NCBI GenBank assembly: GCA_964016885.1
Contig: OZ024741.1
Location: forward strand, 367,598,001 to 367,662,000
DNA from: Eledone cirrhosa
Lineage: Eukaryota
Direction: 5' to 3'
Length of the DNA: 64,000 bases
Both the position numbers and the translations under genes were made by a program. Shown here piece by piece: positions 37,575 to 48,800 of this stretch (within the stretch, counting starts at the first letter, position 1; every line of letters begins with the position of its first letter). The notes beneath the pieces were generated by a model. It searched no databases. It was not told the DNA's origin and saw only the letters and a list, made by a program, of their open reading frames with translations.

Positions 37575-37815
37575 GTTGGTTTTTTTTGTTTAAAATAAAT
37601 ATTGGGCACAAAACCCCAATAAGCAGTTATTTAACCCCGAAGGGCCAAATAACGGGCAGAAAGACCCCTCTCACGAGGAGGAGGGTGTTTTTGTCTACAA
37701 GTTCGTTAAAGTTTTAAACAATTTACAATTGTTATAGCGTTCAAAATTTACAATACCTTACAGAGCCGAGCCTCCGTCAACCATAGCAATCAATAATAAT
37801 AATAATAATAATAAT

Positions 37816-37889
37816 GCTTTCTTTATTAACCACAAGGGTTTACATAAAGTAGACATTAAGGACAGTACAGGACAATACAGGACGGTACA

Positions 37890-37890
<1 letters not shown>
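37816..37890 (-). mobile_element. ~75-bp 3'-terminal Tx1 stub in (AAT)n
   Basis: Matches 31771-31845; (AAT)n on both sides. Confidence 0.9.
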
Positions 37891-37934
<44 letters not shown>

Positions 37935-37935
37935 T

Positions 37936-38084
37936 GTTTCTACGTTTGGCACAAGGCCAGCATTACTGGTACTTTATTTTATTGACCCCGTAAGGCGAGA
38001 TTTGAACTCAGAATAGCAAGGGCCGTAACTCTATACGTCAAAGCATGGCGTCCGACCCTCTACTGATACTGCCAATCCACCGCC
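37936..38084 (-). mobile_element. tRNA-derived SINE with (ATT)n tail inside the LINE array
   Basis: ggcggtggattggcagtatcagtagaggg...gagttcaaatctcgcc...aaagtaccagtaatgctggccttgtgcc...agaaacaattatt. Confidence 0.8.
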
Positions 38085-38096
38085 AATAATAATAAT

Positions 38097-38832
38097 GTTT
38101 TCTTTATTAACCCCAAGGGTTTACACAAAGTAGACATTAAGGACAGTACAGGACAATACAGGACGGTACAAATGGGCATTTCTGTGTGTAAAAAAACAAA
38201 AATCAGAGAATGTAACAAAAAAAAGAACAATGAAAAATTCCCCAATAGGGGGGAGACTTTCGAGGGCCATCGTAGAGAAAGCCCATTAAAAAAAAGCCAC
38301 GGTGACCCTGACCACCAAGGCTACTGCCCTCTCCCAGTTTTCCACCTTCGATTTACAGGCATATACTCAGTTTAGGTCCATTCACTCGGGCCATTCTTGC
38401 CTCTCTCACCCATCTTTCAACAAAATGCTGGGAAAAGAGCACCTTCCTCTCTACCCTGATTTTCCTTTTCAAATGAAATTTGAAAAAGTTAATCAGGGCA
38501 TCACTGAAGAGGTGTGCTCGTCTTCAGCCCTTTCAGACACGTCCACCATACTATCTCTTTCGCCATGGGCACCAGACAGATAAAACTGCCTGCCCTTCCC
38601 AGCTAAAGGAAGAGGGCGGGGCAATCCTCACGATGGACTCAGCTGATAGCCGGATCCGTCCTACATGCGACAGCAGGTGTTCAACATAAACCCACAAGTC
38701 AGCAATGTTCGGACACAGGACGAGTGCATGCAGGACGGTTTCGTCGCCATGCGCGCATCTCGGACATGCTCGGCTGACGGCACTTCCGTGCCTGTAGAGT
38801 TTATCTCGAACTGGCAAAGCTCCTCCGTAGCT
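38097..38832 (-). mobile_element. 5'-truncated Tx1 copy (3'UTR + CCHC region)
   Basis: PVRDKLYRHG..CPRCAHGDETVLH; (AAT)n both sides. Confidence 0.9.
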
Positions 38833-38855
38833 TTAATAATAATAATAATAATAAT

Positions 38856-39091
38856 GCTTTCTTTATTGACCACAAGGGCTAACATGAAGAAAAACATTAC
38901 AGACGGCACAGAACGGTACAGGACGATACAAAGTGGGTTTTGGCCGTGTAAAAAGGTTATAACAAGACAGAAACGTGTAGAAACTCAAACAAGAGAGAAA
39001 CGTGTAAAAAATTCAACAAGAATTCCCCAAAAAGGGGGAAGCCTCCGAGCGTTACTCGTGGCGAAAACCACACAAAAGACCACGGCCACCC

Positions 39092-39092
<1 letters not shown>
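38856..39092 (-). mobile_element. 5'-truncated 3'UTR of a diverged Tx1 subfamily
   Basis: Same terminus gctttctttattgaccacaaggg and ttccccaa..ggggg motif; (AAT)n both sides. Confidence 0.8.
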
Positions 39093-39134
<42 letters not shown>

Positions 39135-39135
<1 letters not shown>

Positions 39136-40370
39136 CTTTCTTTATTAACCACAAGGGTTGACACAAAGTATAACATTAAGGACAACACAGGACAATATAA
39201 GACGGTATAAATGGGCATTTCTGCGTGTAAAAAAAACAAAATCAGAGTATGTGACAAAAAAAAAAGAAAACAATAAAAAATTCCCCAATATGGGCGAGAC
39301 TTCTGAGGGTCGCTCGTGGAGAAAGCCCACAAAAAAGCCACGGTTTCCCTGACCGCTAGGGCAAGTGCCCTCTTCCAGTTTTCCTCCTACAATGCTACAG
39401 GCACACGTTCAGGGTAGGCCCATTCACACGGGCCATTCTTGCCTCTCCCACCCACCTTTCAACAAACTGGCTGGAAGGCAGCACTTCCCTCTCCACCCTG
39501 ATTTTTCTTTTCAGGTGAAACCGGAAAAAGTTAATGAGGGCGTCACTGAAGAGGAAAGTACCCGTCTTCAACCCTTTCAGACGTATCCACCGTACGATCT
39601 CTGTTACCATGGCCACCAGGCAGATAAAAACTGCCTGCCCTTCCCGGCTAAAGGAAGGTGGAGAGGCAATCCTCACGATGAACTCAGCTGATAGCCGGAT
39701 ACGCCCTACACGCGACAGCAGGTGTTCGACATAAACCCACAAGTCAACAATGCTCGGACACTGGACGAGTGCGTGCAGGAGGGTTTCGTCACCCTGCGCG
39801 CATCTCGCACAGGCCCGGATGACGGCACTTCCATGCCTGTAGAATTTATCCAGATCTAGCAAGGCTCCTCGGTAGCACTGCCAGGCTAGGGAATTCTGGA
39901 AGTTGTCCATGGGCCCCGGCCCGAAAGTTCTCCCGAACAGATTGGCTAGTTGGTTTTCGTCGACGCCTAGAGTCTCCCCAAGTACGTCGTCGCTCTTCCC
40001 CTCCACTAATCCTCTATAGAACGCCAAGGTGTAGTTTCCACCGATCACATTGCTCGACTGGTCGAGGGCTGTGAGTGCCTGAAGACATTCCAGTCTCCAA
40101 TCGCTTACTCTCGGTCTTCGCTTGACCCAGGACTGCAGCTCCATCAAGGAGACAAGCTGGGGAAACACGCGTCTAGCAAAGGGCAACCACACCTGATCAC
40201 CGTCGAAGAAGAGGTGGAGATGCCGTAGCCTGAGCGCATGTCTGCGCATCATCAGCCACGGCATGCCCAGCCCCCCACGTAGCGGGTGTTGACAGCAGAT
40301 GGACCGCCTGGCCATCGGAGCACGTCCCTTCCACAAAAAGCGAAAGAGCAAACGCTCCAGCGCAGTCAGA
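39135..40370 (-). mobile_element. 5'-truncated Tx1 copy (1.2 kb)
   Basis: ORF 39395-40402 matches the ORF2 C-terminus; 5' break abuts a SINE tail at 40371. Confidence 0.92.
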
Positions 40371-40490
40371 TATTGTTTCTGATTTAGGCACAAGACCAAC
40401 AATTTGATGGGAGGGGGGAGGAATGAGTCGATTAAATCGACCCAAGTGTGTGTCTGGTACTTTATTTTAACGACCCCGTAAGGATGAAGA
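40371..40490 (-). mobile_element. 3' half of tRNA-derived SINE
   Basis: tattgtttctgatttaggcacaag...tcgattaaatcgaccc...ggtactttatttt..gaccccgtaaggatgaa. Confidence 0.7.
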
Positions 40491-40611
40491 CAACTAGAAT
40501 GACGGCAATTATAAAATAAGAAAAGAGAAACAAAAGGAAAGAAAGAATAGGGAAATGTAGAGAAAAAAGAGAGAAAGAAAGAAGAAAAAGAACGGGAAGG
40601 GAATTGGATGG

Positions 40612-40940
40612 CAAGAGCAATGGTGTCGCAGATGAGAGGGTTAGTTATTTAGTGTGACTCTAAGTTCGATTCCCAGACTGGGTGATGCGTTGTGTTCTTT
40701 ATTTCACGTTGCTCCAGTTTACTCAGCTGTAGAAATGAGTTGCGACGTTGCTGGTCCCAAGTTGTATTGGTCATTGCCTTTCCCTTGGACAACATCGGTG
40801 GAGTGGAGAGGGGAGACTGGGACACATGGGCGACTACAGGTCTTCCACAAACAACCTTGCCCAGACTTGTGTCTCAGAGGGAAACTTTCTAGGTGCAATT
40901 CCCAGAGTCACTTATGATCGAAGGGATTCTTTACTTTATT
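40612..40940 (+). mobile_element. Third SINE family (related to 6580-6770 minus)
   Basis: B-box aagttcgattccc; ctttatttcacgttgctccagtttactcagctgtagaaatgagtt core; short ctttact tail. Confidence 0.55.
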
Positions 40941-41056
40941 TAGTACAGTAAGTTAATTTGTGAGTTAATTGGTTAGTAGGTTAGTTAATTAACCAGTTAG
41001 TGCAGTTAATTAATTAATTAGTTAGTTAATTTGTTTGTTCCTCTTGCATTCTGTAG

Positions 41057-41272
41057 AGGGCGGTAGATTGGTAGTATCGGTAAGGTGTCAAACATTATGC
41101 TTTGCAGCATAGAGTTATGGCCCTTTATATATAAGTTCAAATCCTGCCGAGGTTACTTTGCTTTTCATCCTTACGGGGTCGATAAAATAAAGCACCAGTA
41201 ATGCATTGGGGTCGATTTAATCGACTTTCCCCTTCGCCTAAATGTCTGGCCTTGTGCCTATAGTAGAAATCA
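41057..41272 (+). mobile_element. tRNA-derived SINE copy
   Basis: agttcaaatcctgccgagg..ctttgcttttcatccttacggggtcgataaaataaagcaccagt...ggccttgtgcc. Confidence 0.8.
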
Positions 41273-41289
41273 TTCTATAGTTTTGGGTG

Positions 41290-41640
41290 ACGAGTTATCT
41301 CAAGCAAGTCCTATCATGTCATGCCAAGCTAGGCCAGACACGTATCTGCCAGGTCAAACCTCACCCAGGTCCCGACAGGTAAGCCTCGCCTCCCCTTCTG
41401 GCTTCCATTCGAGAAATATTGTCACCTGTCTCTTCGTGCGCACGCAGAGCACGTGACCAAACATCTTCCGCTGTTTTACGGTGGTGGTGGTATTCAGTAG
41501 ATTATTCCGCCCGGTTCTTTTCATGACCTCTTCATTCGTGATATGGTCAAGCCAAGAAATTCTAAGTATGGACTTGAAGCGTGGGTGGAAGATATTTGTA
41601 CGTAAAAATATCATCCAGTTTCTGAAGGACAGCGGTAATA
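41290..41640 (-). pseudogene. RTE-clade LINE RT C-terminal fragment
   Basis: SILRISWLDHITNEEV...FGHVL...LEWKPEG (track ORF 41354-41614). Confidence 0.8.
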
Positions 41641-43396
41641 TTCGACATTAAATTGAACCAAATTTCTCAAAAGATAAATTAAATTTTCACCACCAAAAAC
41701 AAACGAATCGATAATTATTTAAATATAACCCCACTAGCCTTATAAATAGGCGTTTTAGGTACCCATGAAATCGTGAGCAGACATAAATACCCTCTTGACC
41801 CTCACTATTTTGATCCAGTGGAACTTACAAACTGTAACTTTCTTAATCAACCCCGAGAGGATAAAAGGCAAACCTGGAACCTGGAGAGATATGAACTCAG
41901 AAGGCAGAGATCCAAAACAAATATCCAACGCTCTAATGACTGCCAAATCGACCGCCACTATACGGATATAATGAAATTAAATATTTTTAAAATGCTGCAC
42001 ACACCCAAAACATGTGGTGTGGCTATACCAATGAAACTGGTCTACGGTAGCGTGACATTGCTAAATTATTATATAGTTGTGTTTGTACGTATGTATGCTT
42101 ACGTGGGTGGTAAAACTGCTCGCCAGTCAAGCGTGCTGACCTCGAATTATCTGTATCTCTATATGTAAAAAGAATAAACATTTTTTGTCAATTAATTAAA
42201 CAGTTTGAGTAGACTTTGTGTCATATTATTCATAAGACTGACTAGGCTGAAGGCTAGAAGCTCGTCAATTTAAAATATAGAAGTATTAGAAGTTGTATAT
42301 TGTGAAGTATTTCATCCCAGGTCTGTTCAGTCAAGTCTGACCTGTGGCTAAGCAACAACAACAACGATGACGACGATTCTGACTACTTTTATTTTTGTCA
42401 ATTTTCCTTGACCCATCTAAGTGAATTTATTGCGTCGTAGTCTTTAAATATCCTGATATACTATATCCTGGATGGAGAAATTATAACCAGTCAAGGATAC
42501 ATATTATACTGGCTAAAATTATTTGTATAAAAAAAATTAGTTAATTTTATCAAGCAGGCTTGAGTAGACAATGTTATTCTGAAGTCGATTGTGTCGAAAC
42601 ATATTTGTTCCTTGTCAGCTATCAAAGTGCAAAATTTCCTATCAGCGTGTACATTGCCTTTAAGAGATTAATTCTTAATTTCTTGACATTATCTCCTCTT
42701 TCTCACTAATGTGACAAAACTATTGTCGCCAGCTCTTAGTTTTTGTTTGTTTGTTTTTTTTATTTAAAAAGGAGAATCGAATTAATCAATGAATACTTGT
42801 TTGCATGTGAGTAGAGTTTAGTATATCATCTCTTAACTTATTTAAACGAATTCATGGCATTGAATGCTTTTAAAAGTGTATCAGTTGTATCCTATTTGGG
42901 ACGTTGGACAAAAGATGAAATAACTACATACTGATATGGGACAGGAAAATTGCTACAATCGAAACTAACATAATGTGGGTAGGTAATAGGAATGAAGAAA
43001 TTAATTAAATTAATACAAGTTAGTTCGAGTAATCGCCCTGGAACTAATATTAATAGGCAAGAGACATAGTAAAATGGACTGACCAATTCAGCAATCAAAT
43101 CACCAAAAAAATGAGACTAGGGCTTGAAAGAAAGTGGTGGGTGGGGAAGTATTCAGAACTGAGAGAGAGGGAGAGAAAAAGATATATAGAGGGAGGAATA
43201 GAGATTGAAAGAAAGAGGGAGAGAAAGAAAGAGAGACATAGAGTGTCACAGTAGTAGGAAACAACTGTTTGGTTTTAAAATTTGGTTGTGGTTACAATGA
43301 TAATATCATTAAAAAGCACGTGGGACAAATATAGGAAAACAGAAATCTCGAAAGAGACAAGCACATGGACAATTTCCGTTCATCGACAGCTAGCTC

Positions 43397-43464
<68 letters not shown>

Positions 43465-45015
43465 TGTTTCTTTATTAACCACAGGGGCACAAAAGAAGGG
43501 GACAAATACAAAGGGGGAAGTTTACATACAATAAAAACGTAAAATATTATCACAAATGTAATTTAAAAATTAGTCGATTTTCCCCAATAGGGGGAGACAG
43601 TTCGTATGGGTAACACATACCCCCGAAAAAATGTGCAACCCTCATCTCCAGGAGTACGAAGAGTTTGTACTCCTTTCCTCTCCTCCTCCTTTTCCTCAAC
43701 CTACAGGCTGATATAGAGAGAAGGCCCATTCACTCGGGCCATTCTCGCCACTTTCACCCACCTTTCATAAAACTTGCTGGGGTACAGCACCTCTCTCTCC
43801 ATCCTGATTCTTCTTCCAAAGTGGTATTTGGAAAAAAGAATCAGTTGTTGGCCGGAGAGAAAGGTGTCTGACCTCAGCCTTTTCAACCTTGTCCACCATA
43901 CAACCTCTTTCGCCATAGCTATCACACAAAGGAAAACCGCCTCTCCTTCGTTTTTGAAGGAGGGTGGCGGTTTGATCATGACAATGGACTCGGTGGTCAA
44001 CCGGATTGGTCCCACTCGCGACAATAGTCGTTCTACATAGCCCCACAGGTCAGTGACGCCCGGGCAGTGTATGAATGCGTGCGCGACGGTTTCTTCGTCT
44101 CGCACGCACCTCGGACAGATCTTTTTTGCAGGGTCCCTGCTCGGGCGCCCATGTCTGTAGAGCTTGTCTCGAACTGGTAGAGCTCCTCGGTAGCACTGCC
44201 AGGCCAGGGACTTTTGGAAGTTGTCCATCGGTCCCGGGCGGAAGGTCCTACCGAACAGACTGGCCAGTTCGTCTTCCTCTACGCCCAGAGTTTCACCGAG
44301 CAGGTCGCACTTGAATGACGAAGTGGAGTCTCCACTGATCGCCGGGTCCGCCTGCCAGAGGGCTGTGAGCGCCTGAGCACATTCGATGTGCCAGTCGCCC
44401 ATTTTCCTCGGTCTTTGCTTGACCCAGGACTGCAGCTCGGTCAGCGAGACGAGTCGTGGGAAGGCTCGCCTCACGAACGGAGCCAACACCGGTTGTCCGG
44501 TGAGGAATACGTAGAGATGCCGAAGCCTGAGCGCGTGTTTGCGCATCGTCAGCCACGGCATCCCCAGCCCTCCGTTAGAAGGGTGTTGGCAGCAGATGGA
44601 TCTTCTTACCAAAGGAGCCCGCCTCTTCCAAAGGAATCGGAAGAGGGCGCGCTCCATTTTGGCGAGCGTTTTGGCTGGACAAGGCACGACGGTCAAGCGG
44701 TAGTAGATGGCGGACGCTATAAAAGTGTTCGCCACCTCCGCTCGACCTTTCAAGGATAGTTTGCACTCGGCCCACTTCTGGGTGAGTGCAAACACCTTGG
44801 CCGTCACTTCGTTCCAGTTCTTCTCCACCTGGAGGTCCGGACCAAACCAGACCCCGAGCAGCTTTACCGGTCCTTCCGTCCAGCGTCCGACGACGCCATC
44901 GGAAGGCATCGGTCTGCCTCTCCACGATCCGAGTTGCAAACCGATGGACTTGTCCCGGTTCAGCTTCGCTCCTGTGAGACTTTCGTATTCCTTTAGTAAG
45001 GTGCCGACTTTCAAG

Positions 45016-45016
<1 letters not shown>
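43465..45016 (-). mobile_element. 5'-truncated Tx1-clade LINE, second family, in (GATA)n
   Basis: ORF 43701-45014 is homologous to but diverged from the ORF2 C-half (GRWTEGPVKLLGVWFGPDL, CPRC..ETVAH..C); (GATA)n at 43398-43463 and 45017-45090. Confidence 0.92.
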
Positions 45017-45090
<74 letters not shown>

Positions 45091-45402
45091 TTCTTTATTT
45101 GCCAGAAGGGCGTACAAGAAATGAGACATTACAAGACGTAACGGTGGGAGTTTTACATGAAATCGTATAAACTTTAACGTTAATAAATAACAATAAACTA
45201 TATATTAAAAAATTAATAATCGAAATCCCCAGTAGGGAGGAACGTTACTGCGGAGTTGTTTTACACCCCGTAGATAGAACAACCCTCAAAACCAGGAACA
45301 CGTTTTGTAGGTGTTCCAGTCTTCCCTCTTTTTGTCTGCCTCAACCTACAGGTTTATATACAGAGAAGGCCCATTCACTCGGGCCATTTTCGCCACATTC
45401 AA
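45091..45402 (-). mobile_element. Short 3' fragment of a GATA-associated Tx1 subfamily
   Basis: ORF end ...MARVNGPSLYINL* (agagaaggcccattcactcgggccatt); followed by atag repeats at ~45406-45422. Confidence 0.85.
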
Positions 45403-45824
45403 ATAAATAGATAGATAGATAGGGAGGGAGAAGGATACTGAACTGGGACCCAAGTTGTCGACCTCCTCGCAGTGGGCTCTGGAAATTGTTTACTGATTTC
45501 TGGTCTCTATCAGACAAACGATAACAACCTGAGACAACAACAGTCTCATACGCAAGAAGAAATATTGGACTGATACTTTATTTATCAACACCGAAAGGAT
45601 GAAAAGCAAAGTCGATTTTTCGGTAGGATTTGAACACATGCTCAGTGATCCAGGTCACATATGAAGACATTAGAGAAGCAATTATATCCTATATACTCAT
45701 GCGGCGTGACCGACGTCTTACAAAGACATTGCACTAGGTTGATCTACATAGAACAAACTGAATGAGAAAGAAAAGATTGAAGGTCAATAATCATGGAGAC
45801 AACAACAGCGAAGACGTCGATGGT

Positions 45825-48800
45825 CATGATGATGATGACGATGATGATGGTGATGGTGGTGGTAGTGGTAGTGGTGGTGGTGGTGGTGGTGGTGGTGGTG
45901 TGGTGGTGGTGGGGGTGGGGGTGGTGTTGGTGGTGGTGTTGGTGGTGTTGGAGCTGGTGGTAGTGGTGGTGGTGGTAGTGGTGGTGGAGCTGATAGTAGT
46001 GGTGGTGGTGGTGGTGGTGGTGGTGTTGTGGTGGTGGTGGGGGTGTTGGTGGTGTTGGTGGTGTTGGAGCTGGTGGTAGTGGTGGTGGTGGTGTTGGAGC
46101 TGGTAGTAGTGGTGGTGTTGGAGTTGGTAGTAGTGGTGGTGGTGGTGTTGGAGCTGGTAGTAGTGGTGGTGGTGGTGTTGGAGCTGGTAGTAGTGGTGGT
46201 GTTGGAGTTGGTAGTAGTGGTGGTGGTGGTGTTGGAGCTGGTAGTAGTGGTGGTGGTGGTGTTGAAGCTGGTAGTAGTGGTGGTGGTGGTGGTGTTGGAG
46301 TTGGTAGTAGTGGTGGTGGTGGTGGTGGTGGTGGTGGAGCTGATAGTAGTGGTGGTGGTGGTGGTGGTGGTGGTGGTGGTGGTGGTGGTGGTGGTGGTGG
46401 TGGAGCTGATAGTAGTGGTGGTGGTGGTGGTGGTTGTGGTGTTGGAGCTGGTAGTAGTGGTGGTGGTGTGTTGGAGCTGGTAGTAGTGGTGGTGGTGGTG
46501 GTGGTGGTGGTGGTGGTGGTGGAGCTGATAGTAGTAGTGGTGGTGGTGGTGGTGGTGGTGGTGGTGGTGGTGGTGGTGGTGGTGGAGCTGATAGTAGTGG
46601 TGGTGGTGGTGGTGGTGGTGGTGTTGGAGCTGGTAGTAGTGGTGGTGGTGTGTTGGAGCTGGTAGTAGTGGTGGGGGGGGGGAGCTGGTAGTAGTGGTGG
46701 TGGTGGTGGTGGTAGTGGTGGTGTTGGAGCTTGTAGTAGTGGTGGTGGTGGTGGTGGTGGTGGTGGAGCTGGTAGTAGTGGTGGTGATAGTGTTGGTAGT
46801 AGTGGTGGTGGTGTTGGAGCTGCTAGTAGTGGTGGTGGTGGTGGTGGAGCTGGTAGTAGTGGTGGTGGTGGTGTTGGAGCTGGTAGTAGTGGTGGTGGTG
46901 GTGTTGGAGCTGGTAGTAGTGGTGGTGGTGGTGTTGGAGTTGGTAGTAGTGGTGGTGGTGGTGTTGGAGTTGGTAGTAGTGGTGGTGGTGGTGTTGGAGC
47001 TGGTAGTAGTGGTGGTGTTGGAGTTGGTAGTAGTGGTGGTGGTGGTGTTGGAGCTGGTAGTAGTGGTGGTGGTGGTGTTGAAGCTGGTAGTAGTGGTGGT
47101 GGTGGTGGTGTTGGAGTTGGTAGTAGTGGTGGTGGTGGTGGTGGTGGTGGTGGTGGAGCTGATAGTAGTGGTGGTGGTGGTGGTGGTGGTGGTGGTGGTG
47201 GTGTTGGAGCTGGTAGTAGTGGTGGTTTGGAGCTGGTAGTAGTGGTGGTGGTAGTGGTGGTGGTGGTGTTGGAGTTGATAGAGGTGGTGGTGGTGGTGGT
47301 GGTGGTGTTGGAGCTGGTAGAGGTGGTGGTGGTAGTGGTGGTGATGGTGGTGGTGGTGTTGGAGTTGGTAGTAGTGGTGGTGTTGGAGTTGGTAGTAGTG
47401 GTGGTGTTGGAGCTGGTAGTAGTGGTGGTGTTGGAGTTGGTAGTAGTGGTGGTGTTGGAGTTGGTAGTAGTAGTGGTGTTGGAGCTGGTAGTAGTGGTGG
47501 TGGTAGTGGTGGTGGTGGTGTTGGAGTTGGTAGTAGTGGTAGTGGTGGTGATGGTGGTGGTGGTGTTGGAGTTGGTAGTAGTGGTGGTGTTGGAGCTGGT
47601 AGTAGTGGTGGTGGTGGTGTTGGAGTTGGTAGTAGTGGTGGTGTTGGAGTTGGTAGTAGTGGTGGTGGTAGTGGTGGTGGTAGTAGTGGTGGTGGTGGTG
47701 GTAGTGTTGGTGGTGGTGGTGGTGGTGGTGGTGGTGTTGGTAGTAGTGGTGGTGGTGTTGGTGCTGGTAGTAGTGGTGGTGGTAGTGGTGGTGGTGGTGG
47801 TGGTGGTGGTGGTGTTGGTGGTGTTGGATTTGGTGGTAGTGGTGGTGGTGGTGGTGGTGGTGGTGGTGGTGTTGGAGTTGGTAGTAGTGGTGGTGGTGGT
47901 GGTGGAGTTGATAGTAGTGGTGGTGGTGGTGGTGGTGGTGGAGTTGATAGTAGTGGTGGTGGTGGTGGTGTTGGTAGTAGTGGTGGTGGTGGTGTTGGAG
48001 ATGGTAGTGGTGGTGGTGGTGGTGGTGGTGGAGTTGATAGTGGTGGTGGTGGTGGTGGTGGTGTTGGTGGTGTTGGAACTGGTGGTGGTGGTGGTGGTGG
48101 TGGTGGTGGTGGTGTTGGAGCTGGTAGTAGTGGTGGTGGTGGTGGTGGTGGTGGTGGTGGTGGTGGTGGTGGTGGTGGTGGTGTTGGAGCTGGTAGAAGT
48201 GATGGTGGTGGTGGTGGTGGTGTTGGTGGTGTTGGAGCTGGTAGTAGTGGTGGTGATGGTGGTGGTGGTGGTGGTGGTGGTGGTGGTGGTGTTGGAGCTG
48301 GTAGTAGTGGTGGTGGTGGTGTTGGAGTTGATAGTAGTGGTGGTGGTGGTGGTGGTGGTGGTGTTGGAGCTGGTAGTAGTGGTGGTGGTGGTGGTGATGG
48401 TGGTGTTGGAGCTGGTAGTAGTGGTGGTGGTGGTGGTGGTGGTGGTGGTGTTGGAGCTGGTAGTAGTGGTGGTGGTGTTGGTGATGGTGCAGTTGATAGT
48501 AGTGGTGGTGGTGGTGGTGGTGGTGGAGTTGATAGTAGTGGTGGTGGTGGTGGTGGTGGTGTTGGTAGTAGTGGTGGTGTTGGAGCTGGTAGTAGTGGTG
48601 GTGGTGGTGTTGGAGTTGGTAGTATTGGAGGTGGTGTTGGAGTTGATAGTGGTGGTGGTGGTGGTGGTGGTGGTGGTGTTGGAGCTGGTAGTAGTGGTGG
48701 TGGTGGTGGTGGTGGTGGTGGTGTTGGAGTTGATAGTAGTGGTGGTGGGAGTGGTGGTGGTGTTGGAGCTGGTAGTAGTGGTGATGGTGGTGGTGGTGGT

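Larger units (their letters stand above)
31771..37791 (-). mobile_element. Full-length L1/Tx1-clade LINE, copy 2 (possibly competent)
   Basis: ORF1 + intact ORF2; bounded by (AAT)n at 31734-31770 and 37792-37815. Confidence 0.95.

Noticed and set aside
25795-44977. Plus-strand ORFs overlapping the LINEs
   Set aside because: Antisense shadows of GC-rich ORF2/ORF1; they recur only because the elements are duplicated
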